A stretch of DNA of 64,000 nucleotides. Origin: a virus. Made by a program: the position numbers and the translations under genes. The DNA is taken from IMG/VR virus record IMGVR_UViG_3300032309_000634, positions 1 through 64,000 of that record, one strand, 5' to 3'. The notes below the pieces were generated by a model that searched no databases, was not told the origin of the DNA, and saw only the letters and a program-made list of their open reading frames with translations. Of the stretch, positions 38,201 to 47,595 are shown one piece after another (within the stretch, counting starts at the first letter, position 1; each line of letters starts with the position of its first letter).

Positions 38201-39015
38201 GAAGGTTTGTTTGATGTGTTTGGAATAATTTTAGTTAACCCAGAAGCACCAAATACTAATGGAATACTTGTATTTTTTGCAAGAAGAGCATTATTCTTTA
38301 CCAAATAGTATGCGGTATTACTAGACACTCCATAGGCTGCAGCTGGGATTACGGTATCTGTTGTATCAATTGCAATTGTTGCTGGAAAAGATGCTGGTGT
38401 AACCCCTAAAGATTCTTTATGAAATTCTTCAGACCATTGTCCTGTAGTTATTCCATTAAAATAAACTCTATAGTCAGCAGATGTTGCTCCGCCTGAAGAC
38501 TTTAATATTTTTATAATTATTTTAAAGTTTGTATTTTCTTCAGGGATCTCAAAAGTTTCTGACATAAAAGACCATGACTGGTAGGCTGGATCTGCAAAAG
38601 TTTTAAGCTTTTGAACTACCTCTAAAGTAGTTGTATCTGTATATTCATAACCAATAGCAATAGAGTTAATATATAAGCTATCAATATAAAAATAAGATCC
38701 AATAGAAAATGTTCCTAATGTTGTATTAAAGGTTTGGAAATTTTCAATATCTGGACTTAATATAATTGATTCCCCAGATGCCCCTGCTGGAACACTGCAA
38801 GACACTATGCTTGTGGGACTATCAGGAAATGGTTGTCCTGTAATTGCTGAGCCAGAACTAAAGGTACAGTTTGTAGAAGTCCAAGAAGGGGATGTTATGC
38901 TTCTTTCTGCATCACTAATTAAACTTACATAATCTGCCTGATCGTCTAGTGACCAAAGTACCAGAGGGTGCTCTGAGTAAATTTTTTCTGCATATAAATT
39001 AGATGGGTTAGACAT
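35263..39015 (-). CDS. Large virion structural protein with lectin/LamG-like beta-sandwich domains
   Basis: 1250 aa, beta-rich; PLVLWSLDD and EYTVEFW LamG-like patterns. Confidence 0.55.
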   Translation of the reverse strand: MSNPSNLYAEKIYSEHPLVLWSLDDQADYVSLISDAERSITSPSWTSTNCTFSSGSAITGQPFPDSPTSIVSCSVPAGASGESIILSPDIENFQTFNTTLGTFSIGSYFYIDSLYINSIAIGYEYTDTTTLEVVQKLKTFADPAYQSWSFMSETFEIPEENTNFKIIIKILKSSGGATSADYRVYFNGITTGQWSEEFHKESLGVTPASFPATIAIDTTDTVIPAAAYGVSSNTAYYLVKNNALLAKNTSIPLVFGASGLTKIIPNTSNKPSLIFPGQGFLNKSGQHKEYTVEFWARIIADSPDPKRIFGPIASTDGLYVDSGFLTLVIGGQSKSHFVGEWFRPMLIHIRLIKNSVTVLLNGEQVIEIAIDTTSLSLPDLLDEELRSQDWLGFYAYDNVSLIEVDCLAIYSYQVSVTVAKRRWVYGQAVSSAQSINSSYGGTSAFIDYSFSNYTANYNYPSFAQWQQGNFDNLETTSLELTTPSYSLPNIFLDTKSLDDLYTDCKAIQTDQESGALPYKFLTFRPNSSWNALGTYLNFPKFNILNDKIKSIYGVFSSSILLIDGGYYNTTPTESFDAEYYNTTTWIESYEGGAPVAEGTLQTLIKIYNTLTDDFFIARLSGSIVEYVLNYNGLEEIVYTTEAIEPDQLFAVGINIDDLSNVFGGNVSAFFGNVNGLKIYVAGDEQTSNSFSGKIYSLGFTTELNHKSIAQYFNEYGVVNFDDLSVSGVAEETNAIALINHLASYTLLPIEAYDEFFLDIGVSGYWQDYLPLSYFAKYVDNAQGASFYDLDFLQFNIGYPSPSKLLEKETTSSWTYEQLKESYSAPIQQTYYQLDNSLITGWDNYEDLAQKALKYYEYDTSESFVKSYITFQYVADGANALDDSFTINVPAKEGSIIDIDNYPNWAASKFEVVDNTIIYPSKSIDFNDLAVVYSIDFNVRGIINRPIKIKELELASQAFSDNAFNSVGTRFGVDLVPYKKSGIYFDYKSKNPFSIYKSSTPYLYLTKNSGIEVRGDFNFETNRGIAMPINKELSDEYRVSSMQAWMFANQDSFSASPIEIFEIEYKEDTIKFYMVADSPSGSRAKIYAMSSVTGTEYKKLTYFWNGVSVQNPIITIKEWGSLGLQFSSALNFDLFIGAINLNGPILFNNISFYQANNLQQIQSIVTRPWLKVKTSEGVVNTWSYWSENYDWQETLVVSSSELYGVNPTDVYKNYLGTNKIIIDDNEGMTFDANKVKVYKDTEWQTITLLPV

Positions 39016-39049
39016 ATATCTCCTACCCCTTATTATAGCAGGCTAAGGG

Positions 39050-41080
39050 TTAGTAAAGTTTAATCTCACAAGCATCAGTAGAGCAATAAGACTCTCCTTC
39101 TGCCTCAAGATTTTCAACTCCATCATAGATAGCAGACCAATCAATCTTGGCAATTGTGCCCACATAAGAGTTATATTCTTCTTTTGTTATCTCTGTATAT
39201 GGTTGTTGTGGATAAGTTTTATTCCCCATTGGAAGGAAAGAAACTGCCTTTAGCTGTCCTTCGTACATATTAAGGGCAGGTGCGACAAACTTCTTTTCTG
39301 TTTCTTTATCAAAAGAAAGAGTAACGGAAACGCCATTATCTGACCAGTACTTCTGAGCAGTAGCTGCTAAACCAATCTTTTCAAATAAACTTACTTCCTT
39401 TTCTGATCTCTTGTGACCAGATGCTACTGGGAAATAGACTACAGATGTATTGGCTGATACTACATCGTCTTCAATTTTATATCCCGCTGCCTTAAACAAA
39501 TGAAGCATTGGATCTGTATTTCCAAAACGAATAGATCTTAGGTAGAACTCTCCACCTGGGCCCCAGTGAACTCCTGGAGTTGCTCCAGATAATAACGATA
39601 CAGATCCTGATGGTTTAACTGTTGTTACACGAACAGACTCTCTAACGCATAGCCATTCTGAGTATTTGTGATCATAATGACGGATCTTTTGATACCCTTC
39701 ATCCATCCATTCACGAGTTGTTGGTAATCCATAGGTATCTGCAAAAGATGCAATTCCAGTTAAAGATGTTCCAATACGTCTATTTCTTTGCATGATACCG
39801 TTTGTTTGCTGCCAATGTGTTGGCATTAGTGTAACAGTCTTACCATAAAGATAAGCAAATTTCAATGTCTTGAGGAAGTCCTCCTTGGATTCATGACGAT
39901 TTAAATGCACTTCTACAAGTGTACAAAGTTCGTATGACTCCAATGGCTGCTCCGCACAAGGATTGAATCCCATGATACGGGAATCTTTATAGTCTGGTGC
40001 ATCTGCTAAACGACCATACTCTCTTGCAACATCTAACCAAATAAATCCTGGTTCACCATTATCTGCAATTAAATCAACATAGTCTTCATATTTAGTACCA
40101 ACAGTAGCAGAAATAGAATTATTAGACATCCATGCCCAGCCTGGTTTTTCTGGATCAAATGAATTTCTTTCAGGAAATACTTCTGGATTCTTTAAATTGA
40201 TAAAACCATTGTCTTCTGGTGTTCCTAAAGCTAAAGTAGCAGAACGTCTAACATTTCCAGAAACAACACATGTTCCAATAAGATTAACAATGTCAACAAT
40301 TGCACGACTGTCTAGTACTTCTCCTGCTCTAGAGCCAATGACATTTCGTATGCGTATGTGTAGTTGAATTAATGGTTCTGGACCGCTAGCGACCCCACCA
40401 AAGCCCTTAATGGCTGATCCTAGAGGACGGATAAGGTCATAGTTAAATTCTTGAATAGATTGATTTTGGCGTAGAAATGAATTAATTAAAAGACGAACAG
40501 ATTCAACCCATCCTTCACGAGTATCTGGAATTTCATAGGTAGAAACTGGCTCTGTAGGGGCATAGATAGGCATTTGCTTATCTTGTCCCAAGGTATCAAA
40601 ACCTACTCCAATTCCTAACATTAAAGCATCCATTACCCAAGCAAAAAGGGCACCTGGATCATTACGATCAATGTCACGGGTAGAAACCATTGCACAATTT
40701 TGCAGTGAGGCTGAGTTTCTTTTCTCCATAGTCATTGGAGTTCCGAAAGCCCAAAGACCTCTGCCTGGAGGTGTCCACTTTAATTCAAACATTCTTTGGA
40801 AAGCTTCTTGTGCTGACTTTTGTGATTTATTATCGTTCCAAGGAAGTCTATTATCTTTGGCATGATTTTTTTGAACTGAATACATACCCTCAATTACACG
40901 ACGACAAACTTCATGCCAACGTTCTTTTGTTCCATCTTCTTTGACACGAGAATATGTACGAATAAAAGTAATTTCTCCTAAAGAGTTGCTACCCGCATCT
41001 GAAAATCCAAACGGTGCTGGAGTATTACTATATTTATTTACAAAATCCTCTGATAAGCGAAACGAAAAAACATCTGACAT
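39050..41080 (-). CDS. nrdJ: Class II (B12-dependent) ribonucleotide reductase, RTPR type
   Basis: PPGRGLW, NPCAEQPL..LCTL, TVKPSG, C-terminal CxxxxC. Confidence 0.93.
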   Translation of the reverse strand: MSDVFSFRLSEDFVNKYSNTPAPFGFSDAGSNSLGEITFIRTYSRVKEDGTKERWHEVCRRVIEGMYSVQKNHAKDNRLPWNDNKSQKSAQEAFQRMFELKWTPPGRGLWAFGTPMTMEKRNSASLQNCAMVSTRDIDRNDPGALFAWVMDALMLGIGVGFDTLGQDKQMPIYAPTEPVSTYEIPDTREGWVESVRLLINSFLRQNQSIQEFNYDLIRPLGSAIKGFGGVASGPEPLIQLHIRIRNVIGSRAGEVLDSRAIVDIVNLIGTCVVSGNVRRSATLALGTPEDNGFINLKNPEVFPERNSFDPEKPGWAWMSNNSISATVGTKYEDYVDLIADNGEPGFIWLDVAREYGRLADAPDYKDSRIMGFNPCAEQPLESYELCTLVEVHLNRHESKEDFLKTLKFAYLYGKTVTLMPTHWQQTNGIMQRNRRIGTSLTGIASFADTYGLPTTREWMDEGYQKIRHYDHKYSEWLCVRESVRVTTVKPSGSVSLLSGATPGVHWGPGGEFYLRSIRFGNTDPMLHLFKAAGYKIEDDVVSANTSVVYFPVASGHKRSEKEVSLFEKIGLAATAQKYWSDNGVSVTLSFDKETEKKFVAPALNMYEGQLKAVSFLPMGNKTYPQQPYTEITKEEYNSYVGTIAKIDWSAIYDGVENLEAEGESYCSTDACEIKLY

Positions 41081-41242
41081 TTAAGTATGCCACCTTTCTA
41101 ATATTGGTTGAGTACTTCTTAGAATCGGAAGTAGTCCTAAGTATAGCATAGAATTAAAAAGAATTCCACGCTCAGTTTTAATCTATCAAGTTATTGTTTA
41201 TGGTTAGTACTTTTATATAACGAAAGTGTTATAAATAAAAAA

Positions 41243-41911
41243 TTAATTATATTTACTACTGTTGATATGGCAAATTTCAATTTCATTTATATTAACATGA
41301 CTTGGTAATGATCCTACCCAATAAATAGCTTCTGCTAAATCTTCTGCGGTTAATGCATGATCCCGTTTTTGTTCTTGGGTATCAATAGTTGCTGGACAGA
41401 TTTCTGTAATCTTAATTCCAAATTGAGGAAACTCAAGTCTCATTGTATCAATTAAACCACGCTCACCTCTTTTAGCATTTGTATAATTTCCTCCACCACG
41501 ATATGGTACCTTGCCACCAAAAGAAGTAATAAAGATAATAGTTGGAGATTCTGACCTTTCCATACATGGAACAAAAAGTTGAGATAAGTACATAGGGCCA
41601 GTAACATTTATGTCATAGGCTTTTCTAAAATTTTCTGGAGTCTCATTAATAATATGAGTTGGACCTGATCCTCCTCCAGCATTATTAACCAGAAGATCTA
41701 AAGTAATATCTTTGTATTTTTCAAAGAATACCTCTATTGCTTTAGAATCTGTTATGTCTAGGTTGTATACCTCAACATTGTCAGATATTAGTTTAGATAC
41801 TTTTGAAAGATTTCTTGAAACAGCAATAACTTTGTATCCATTTTCAGACAGGCGTTTAACTGTTGCTAACCCTACACCCTTGCTTGCTCCAGTTACAATA
41901 GCTGTTTTAAT
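41243..41911 (-). CDS. Short-chain dehydrogenase/reductase, YdfG-like (start uncertain)
   Basis: TGASKGVG, NNAG, YTNAK catalytic motif, LTAEDLAEAIYWV.SLP.HVNINEIEI; the expected start position reads ATT. Confidence 0.85.
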   Translation of the reverse strand: MKTAIVTGASKGVGLATVKRLSENGYKVIAVSRNLSKVSKLISDNVEVYNLDITDSKAIEVFFEKYKDITLDLLVNNAGGGSGPTHIINETPENFRKAYDINVTGPMYLSQLFVPCMERSESPTIIFITSFGGKVPYRGGGNYTNAKRGERGLIDTMRLEFPQFGIKITEICPATIDTQEQKRDHALTAEDLAEAIYWVGSLPSHVNINEIEICHINSSKYN

Positions 41912-41912
41912 A

Positions 41913-42542
41913 TTAATGAATCCAATGTTGTGGAACCATAATCTTAGAACCACTCTTAACTAAGTGTGCTGTGTGGTGATATGGTGGTGATGGTGGGAAT
42001 ACAATAATGCTGCCTGCTTTTGGTTTTACAGCAAATGTATAATTACCATTTTTTTCTGCTTCCGCAAAATCTGGTTCTGGGCTAGACGCTTGTAGTACTC
42101 CGTCTGGGGATGCAATAGTAAAAGATATTTCTCCGCCTTCGTAATCATCATTTAAGTACATAACGAAAGAAACCTTAAGTCTGTCGTCTCCTTCTTGCTG
42201 ATCAAAGTGTGCCCCCATGTAAGTTCCAGCCTGATACTTTTTAATTGGATACATTGGGAATAGCTTAGGCTCATCTGTGATACCCTGTGCAGCAGCATAG
42301 TCTCTTGCTACATCATCAAATGCTTTTTGTAGGGTAGTATAGATATAGGTATTTTTTTCATCAGTTGTTTCTGTTAATGATATGCTTTTGTCTGTTCCAT
42401 AGACATACTCTTGTCCACTACACGCCATCCATTCGCCCCAAGGATCTTGATTGTCATTCTCAATTGCTTCAACAAGTCTTTTTGGGTCTTCAATTACATT
42501 TGTGTAATAGTAAACTTTTTCTTCAAGTATTTCTCTATCCAT
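41913..42542 (-). CDS. 2OG-Fe(II) oxygenase (prolyl 4-hydroxylase-like)
   Basis: HFD, YLNDDYEGGE, distal H, K. Confidence 0.88.
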   Translation of the reverse strand: MDREILEEKVYYYTNVIEDPKRLVEAIENDNQDPWGEWMACSGQEYVYGTDKSISLTETTDEKNTYIYTTLQKAFDDVARDYAAAQGITDEPKLFPMYPIKKYQAGTYMGAHFDQQEGDDRLKVSFVMYLNDDYEGGEISFTIASPDGVLQASSPEPDFAEAEKNGNYTFAVKPKAGSIIVFPPSPPYHHTAHLVKSGSKIMVPQHWIH

Positions 42543-42552
42543 TTAGTGCCTC

Positions 42553-43212
42553 CTAGTACCTATTCTTTTTATAGTGATCTTTTTCTTTAATGAATCCAAC
42601 AAGAACATATCTTATTGGCCCATCTCCTACATGCTTGACCCCATGTTCATATTTTTCATCGCCTGGAAAAAATAGCATAGTTCCTGGTTTAGGCCTTAAC
42701 TGGATATCAAGGTTTGGGAAAAATAACTCACCATCTACATAGTCATCATTAATATACACAATTGTAGCATATTTTATAGATGGGTCTGTTTTTTGATCCG
42801 TGTGAGATTTTAACTCTACCCCTGCCTGCATTCTTTGAATTGTTGCAAAACCACTTAAAATTAACTCTGGATCAGATTTTACTACCATTGAGTTTAAACC
42901 ATCATATAATGGTCTGTATATCTCATGGTGTAATATATTAAAGTTTTTATCTTTCCAATTTTGAGTAACTTCAAACTTACCTTCAGCAACCAGATTATCT
43001 ACATCATCTCTACCAAATTTTTGCATACAGAAGTTTTTTAAGTTTGCGTGATACTCTACTTCCCAATCTTCTTGAGATGTACTATTTATAATATCCCAAA
43101 AAATATTTATTTGATCTTGTGATAAAAAATTTTCAACAGAAAATAGTTCATCAGTGATATCTTTGACTACATAACCACTATCGGTCAACTGCTTTTTTAA
43201 GGAATCAATCAT
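42553..43212 (-). CDS. 2OG-Fe(II) oxygenase (P4H-like)
   Basis: HTD, YINDDYVDGE, HGV..R. Confidence 0.88.
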   Translation of the reverse strand: MIDSLKKQLTDSGYVVKDITDELFSVENFLSQDQINIFWDIINSTSQEDWEVEYHANLKNFCMQKFGRDDVDNLVAEGKFEVTQNWKDKNFNILHHEIYRPLYDGLNSMVVKSDPELILSGFATIQRMQAGVELKSHTDQKTDPSIKYATIVYINDDYVDGELFFPNLDIQLRPKPGTMLFFPGDEKYEHGVKHVGDGPIRYVLVGFIKEKDHYKKNRY

Positions 43213-43960
43213 TTGTAATATCTTCTACCTTGTATTTATTTCCATTAGCATCTATCTTCCAGCCTTGCTTTAGAAGATCTTGCCATTCGGCTCTTTCAAT
43301 TTCTTGTTGTGCTCTGGTTGCTTTCATTTCTTCAGCCCAAGCATCTCTTAGTTCCTGTGGATAATCAGACTCTTCTCTGTCGTCCCAGAAAGATCCAATG
43401 GTGTATCTTACTCCACTTTCTATTAAAGATACTTCGTGCATGTTGTTAAATCCCCCGTCAAATACGGCAAGCATTCCCACTTCTGGTTTAATCTCTATGT
43501 TTTGATCTGGGAACTTAAGTAGTCCCCCTTCAAAATCATCATTAAGATATAGGAAGCCTGCATAACGACTTCTTGTAAATGCGCCTGAATTCCCTTCAGC
43601 ATCTGTGTTGTCCGAGTGTATTCTTGCATATGCTCCTGGCTCCCATTTTTGTGTATGGTATCCAATCTTAGAAATTATTTTTGGATCAAGGTCATGGACT
43701 GAAGCAATAGCCTCTGGCATTGTTTTTTCAATGTCTGAAAAAATGGTTGGAGATAGTTCAGCATCAAGTAATTCTTTATCATTGTCCTGTGGTAATACTG
43801 AAGAGTATGACTCGTAAAAAGAAATAGGCATCCAAGAGATTGCACCGTTGGCTGCTTGAGCATCTAAAGCCTGAATCATTTTTTTGCAATCTTCTTTGCT
43901 TATAAAATCTTTATAAACTACTATGTCTTTTGTTAGTCTAACTTTATTGTTTAAATTCAT
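43205..43960 (-). CDS. 2OG-Fe(II) oxygenase (P4H-like)
   Basis: HSD, YLNDDFEGG, HEV..RY; start MNLNN coupled by TAATG. Confidence 0.88.
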   Translation of the reverse strand: MNLNNKVRLTKDIVVYKDFISKEDCKKMIQALDAQAANGAISWMPISFYESYSSVLPQDNDKELLDAELSPTIFSDIEKTMPEAIASVHDLDPKIISKIGYHTQKWEPGAYARIHSDNTDAEGNSGAFTRSRYAGFLYLNDDFEGGLLKFPDQNIEIKPEVGMLAVFDGGFNNMHEVSLIESGVRYTIGSFWDDREESDYPQELRDAWAEEMKATRAQQEIERAEWQDLLKQGWKIDANGNKYKVEDITND

Positions 43961-44640
43961 TATGGTTGCCTTTCTCCTGTATGTTTTGTAATCTCCCAAA
44001 AAAATGGGCAAGTAAATCTTAAACCACTTTTAATCTCAGTTACCCCATGAATATAATTTTTATCTCCTGGGAAAAAATAAGCAGCACCCTTTTTAGGTTT
44101 AAACTGAACACCCTGTATTGGGAAATATAATTCTCCACCCTCATAGTCGTCATTTAAATAAAACAAACTAGAAAGATCATAGTTAGGAAAATCATTTGGA
44201 GTTCCAGCATCGGGACCTTCATGAAGTTCTTTATCTGCATGAGGTTTTTGAAGTTGGCCAGGAAGCCATTTAACAATGGTTGTTCCAGTTGGAATAACTT
44301 CTACCTTATAAAATTCTTCAACAATAGGTTTTAATCTTTGAAATAATCCAGCAATAACTGGTGCAATAGTTGGATCATTTTTATCTAAAGATGGACTTGT
44401 TGCAACTCGGTCTTTCCAATAATCAGAATCATATACGACTGTGCCATTTTCATTTACATGGCTTTCAGTTACATCCCAAATTGTTAAAGATTTAGCAGCT
44501 TTTTCAAGAAACTCTATTTCTTCTGGAGTCATAAAGTTTTCTAGCTCAACAATCATGTCTTTGCTATCTCCAAACCACCCAGATGGAGTTATAGACGGTG
44601 TTCTTTTAACTACTGTATATGAGTCTTTGTTTTGTTCCAT
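43960..44640 (-). CDS. 2OG-Fe(II) oxygenase (P4H-like)
   Basis: HAD, YLNDDYEGGE, HGV..RF; leaderless, TGATATAAT-6 nt-ATG. Confidence 0.88.
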   Translation of the reverse strand: MEQNKDSYTVVKRTPSITPSGWFGDSKDMIVELENFMTPEEIEFLEKAAKSLTIWDVTESHVNENGTVVYDSDYWKDRVATSPSLDKNDPTIAPVIAGLFQRLKPIVEEFYKVEVIPTGTTIVKWLPGQLQKPHADKELHEGPDAGTPNDFPNYDLSSLFYLNDDYEGGELYFPIQGVQFKPKKGAAYFFPGDKNYIHGVTEIKSGLRFTCPFFWEITKHTGERQP

Positions 44641-44642
44641 AT

Positions 44643-45359
44643 TTATATTATATCACCCTTCGTATTATCTGTTACGCTTAGTTTTAATGTTTTTACCTCA
44701 TGAGACCCTTGGGTTTCTTCTTTTTCATTTACCGCATCTCTATACCAGTCTGTCCATTTCCCGACTTTGTTTATTTCTTGTGCAGCAGACCCGTAAGAAA
44801 GATTTGCATCTAGTCTTTTTCTATCATCATCTTGGTATTTAACAATTTCAATATTTGTGCCGTTTAAATTTGACAAAGATATAGGAATAATTGTAGCAAC
44901 TGGAGTTCCAGCTTTGATAACTACTCTCTTGTTTGCTACTTTTGCTTTAATAGCTAAAGGCAGAGGATTGTCATAAAAAGAGGTGCTCATTAATGATGAC
45001 ATTGTTTCAAACTCATCACTAAAATAATTTACTGGATTAATAGTAAAAATACTTACATCTTTGTCTGTTCTAAAAACTAAACCCGTATTTAAGCTTATAG
45101 AGGATTGACCTCTTCCAGAATATGCTCCTGATGGGCTAAATATTTCAATATGATCTGGGGTTTGATCATTAACTCCGTCCCAAATAAACTCAATATCCTC
45201 TACACAAGAAAGGCTCCAGCCAATTACGTTTGACTGGGTTACTGGAAAACATCTATAGGCATGGCCTTCTGATGTTACATCCATCCAATCTCTTTTAATT
45301 GACATAGGCTGAATATCAAACAAAGCCCCTTGTGTTTTTTCAACTGAGATATTAAACAT
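44643..45359 (-). CDS. DUF6065-like protein
   Basis: RDWMD..HAYRCFP..N..GW pattern; family name recalled, not searched. Confidence 0.6.
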   Translation of the reverse strand: MFNISVEKTQGALFDIQPMSIKRDWMDVTSEGHAYRCFPVTQSNVIGWSLSCVEDIEFIWDGVNDQTPDHIEIFSPSGAYSGRGQSSISLNTGLVFRTDKDVSIFTINPVNYFSDEFETMSSLMSTSFYDNPLPLAIKAKVANKRVVIKAGTPVATIIPISLSNLNGTNIEIVKYQDDDRKRLDANLSYGSAAQEINKVGKWTDWYRDAVNEKEETQGSHEVKTLKLSVTDNTKGDII

Positions 45360-46015
45360 TAGTCTGCGTCTGCGCTATACATCTCTGGAGTGTGAAACTT
45401 TTTGCTGTAATCAAGCATTGTAACAATAGAGTATTTAGTTCCAGAGGTTACTGGCATTGCTTGATGAGGATACATAAAGTTTGATGGGAAAATAAAAAGA
45501 TCTCCAGCCTCTGGCTTAACCTTTAAATTTTGTAGTCTAAAGAAAAGTTCTCCGCCCTCATAATCGTCATTAACATATGAAACCAAAGAAACCGTACAGT
45601 TGTAAGAAAAACCATGATCATGATGTTCCATAAAGTGTTGGCCTGGACCATACTTAATAAAATTAAATGCTTCCCAATATTTTAAATTATGAATATTGTA
45701 CATTCTGCAATAATCTTCTACTGCTGGTAATTTTACATCATAAAGGTCTTGCCAAAGTGATTGAAGGTTTAGACTGACTTGACTTTTATCATTTTCAATA
45801 TCTGTTTTCTTAAACTTAAAATCATTACAATCTCGATAGTCTGGCATTAGTTGCTTGTAACCTACATACGCAGGTTGCCAGCTATAGCCAGTGGTATCTC
45901 CTTCTGGTTTAAGATTATCCTCAAGTCTCTTTATTACATCAATTTCTTTTTTAATTACGCCCTTGTAAACATATATTCCATTGCCAAGGTCTACTTTCTC
46001 TGTCCATGTTTGCAT
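45359..46015 (-). CDS. 2OG-Fe(II) oxygenase (P4H-like)
   Basis: HHD, YVNDDYEGGE, HQAMPVTSGTKY. Confidence 0.88.
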   Translation of the reverse strand: MQTWTEKVDLGNGIYVYKGVIKKEIDVIKRLEDNLKPEGDTTGYSWQPAYVGYKQLMPDYRDCNDFKFKKTDIENDKSQVSLNLQSLWQDLYDVKLPAVEDYCRMYNIHNLKYWEAFNFIKYGPGQHFMEHHDHGFSYNCTVSLVSYVNDDYEGGELFFRLQNLKVKPEAGDLFIFPSNFMYPHQAMPVTSGTKYSIVTMLDYSKKFHTPEMYSADAD

Positions 46016-46024
46016 TTTATTCTC

Positions 46025-46795
46025 CTATTTGTATTCTCGTCTTGACCAAACTTTATTTTTATATACCCCGCCATCAGGCTGTCTATAAAACTTCATGTTG
46101 TTAAACATTTTATCATAAATCTCAGATTGTCCTAATATCTCTACTTCACTTTTCCAGTTTTCTCTTTTAAATGGTAAGACTTGTAGGTATGGAGTGCCTG
46201 CTGGAATTGTTCCTTCCCAACCTTCTGCAATAAAAAATGGAAAGCTTCCAAGCAAATGAACCTTGTCTGAGTCAACAATTCCTGTTGTATTTAAAAATGG
46301 TAAATCAAACCTATTCATTGGTGTCATAAATAGCGCACTATAACCTTCTGGAAGCTCAAGTCCCCAATCTGAACTCCAAGCAAAATGATGTTGATAGAAT
46401 CCTTTTGGGTGCTCAAACTGTGGCATTGGAGGTCTTTGTGTACAAAAATCTTGATATCTTTTATCTTCAATTTTTACACCAATAATCCCTTGTGCGTTTT
46501 TAGAAAATACTAAATCACAAGGAGTTTTAAAAACATATCCAGTTGAAAATGCATCCATGATTGCAGGACATGCTTTCCATGTAGGAATTTTTCCATAATC
46601 ATCTACAGTACCCTCTTTTGGAAAAGGGCACGTTTCTTTTGGTGCGTTATAGTATTCATTATTAATTGGATTTTTTGCAAATCTGTCTGCATCTTTATAC
46701 CATTGAGGAATAACATTTTGTGTTGCTGATGGAACAGAAACACTATTTTTATTTAGCCATGGTCTAAAAGATCTAAAGATTGCTAGATTGTTCAT
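46025..46795 (-). CDS. DUF6065-like / dUTPase-fold-like protein
   Basis: P.WYK..KACPAIMDAFSTGY..GIVDSD..IPAGTP..QV.PFKRE.W. Confidence 0.55.
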   Translation of the reverse strand: MNNLAIFRSFRPWLNKNSVSVPSATQNVIPQWYKDADRFAKNPINNEYYNAPKETCPFPKEGTVDDYGKIPTWKACPAIMDAFSTGYVFKTPCDLVFSKNAQGIIGVKIEDKRYQDFCTQRPPMPQFEHPKGFYQHHFAWSSDWGLELPEGYSALFMTPMNRFDLPFLNTTGIVDSDKVHLLGSFPFFIAEGWEGTIPAGTPYLQVLPFKRENWKSEVEILGQSEIYDKMFNNMKFYRQPDGGVYKNKVWSRREYK

Positions 46796-47505
46796 TAATG
46801 ACTCAGTTCGTTAATATCTGTCATAATAACAACACAATACTTTGTTCCTGATTTCATAGGTAACGATGCATGTTCGTAAATATAGTTTGAGGGGAAGATA
46901 GCTATATCTCCAACTTTTGGAGTATGAACAAAATTATCTAATCTTGGAAACTTAATCTCTCCGCCTTCATAATCATCATTAATATAGATAACAGCAGAGA
47001 CTGTACAGTTATAAGCAGGGCCATGATCAGCATGAATATTAAAATGAGTTCCTTCTCCTTCATACTTTACAAAGTTAAACGCTTCGTAATATACAACATT
47101 AATTCCCCAATAGTGGGCATAGTCATCCACACACATCTTTAGCTTTTGATAGATCTCTTCATGAAGATCAATTAAGTCTTCATTAGACTCATCTCTTGGT
47201 CCAAGATTCTCTTGCTTATATTTAAAGTCTACACAATCTCTTGCTTTTTTAATTGGAGCATCAGAATTTGTAACTTTAGCCTCTGACCATTTATATTTTT
47301 TATCTCCTGAAAGATTGTGCTCAAGTGTATTTATGTATCTTTCTGAATCATCTTTAGAAAAAACATTATGATAAATGTTTAGTCCTAATCCTGGATTACT
47401 AATAGAAATATTGCTTTGAGGCATTAATCTTTCAACTCTAGCCGAAATTGTTTCAGACCTGTCTTTTGTAAACCAATGATTGTCATTTTCATTGTAAATA
47501 TCCAT
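46795..47505 (-). CDS. 2OG-Fe(II) oxygenase (P4H-like), close paralogue of 45359-46015
   Basis: HAD, YNCTVS, YINDDYEGGE, HASLPMKSGTKY. Confidence 0.88.
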   Translation of the reverse strand: MDIYNENDNHWFTKDRSETISARVERLMPQSNISISNPGLGLNIYHNVFSKDDSERYINTLEHNLSGDKKYKWSEAKVTNSDAPIKKARDCVDFKYKQENLGPRDESNEDLIDLHEEIYQKLKMCVDDYAHYWGINVVYYEAFNFVKYEGEGTHFNIHADHGPAYNCTVSAVIYINDDYEGGEIKFPRLDNFVHTPKVGDIAIFPSNYIYEHASLPMKSGTKYCVVIMTDINELSH

Positions 47506-47595
47506 ACTTGTCCCCTTTTAAACCTTGATAATTTATTATAGCATATTCCTTTATATTTAACAAAAAATGCCTAAGTGCTAGCACTTTTATTTTTA

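Noticed and set aside
1-41080. Inteins or introns in dnaE, dnaB or nrdJ
   Set aside because: Lengths and motif spacing look normal; no splice-junction motifs noticed.
41081-41242. Cobalamin riboswitch or NrdR box upstream of nrdJ
   Set aside because: The -10 element is only about 60 nt from the ATG, too short for a riboswitch; only a weak hairpin and no convincing NrdR consensus.
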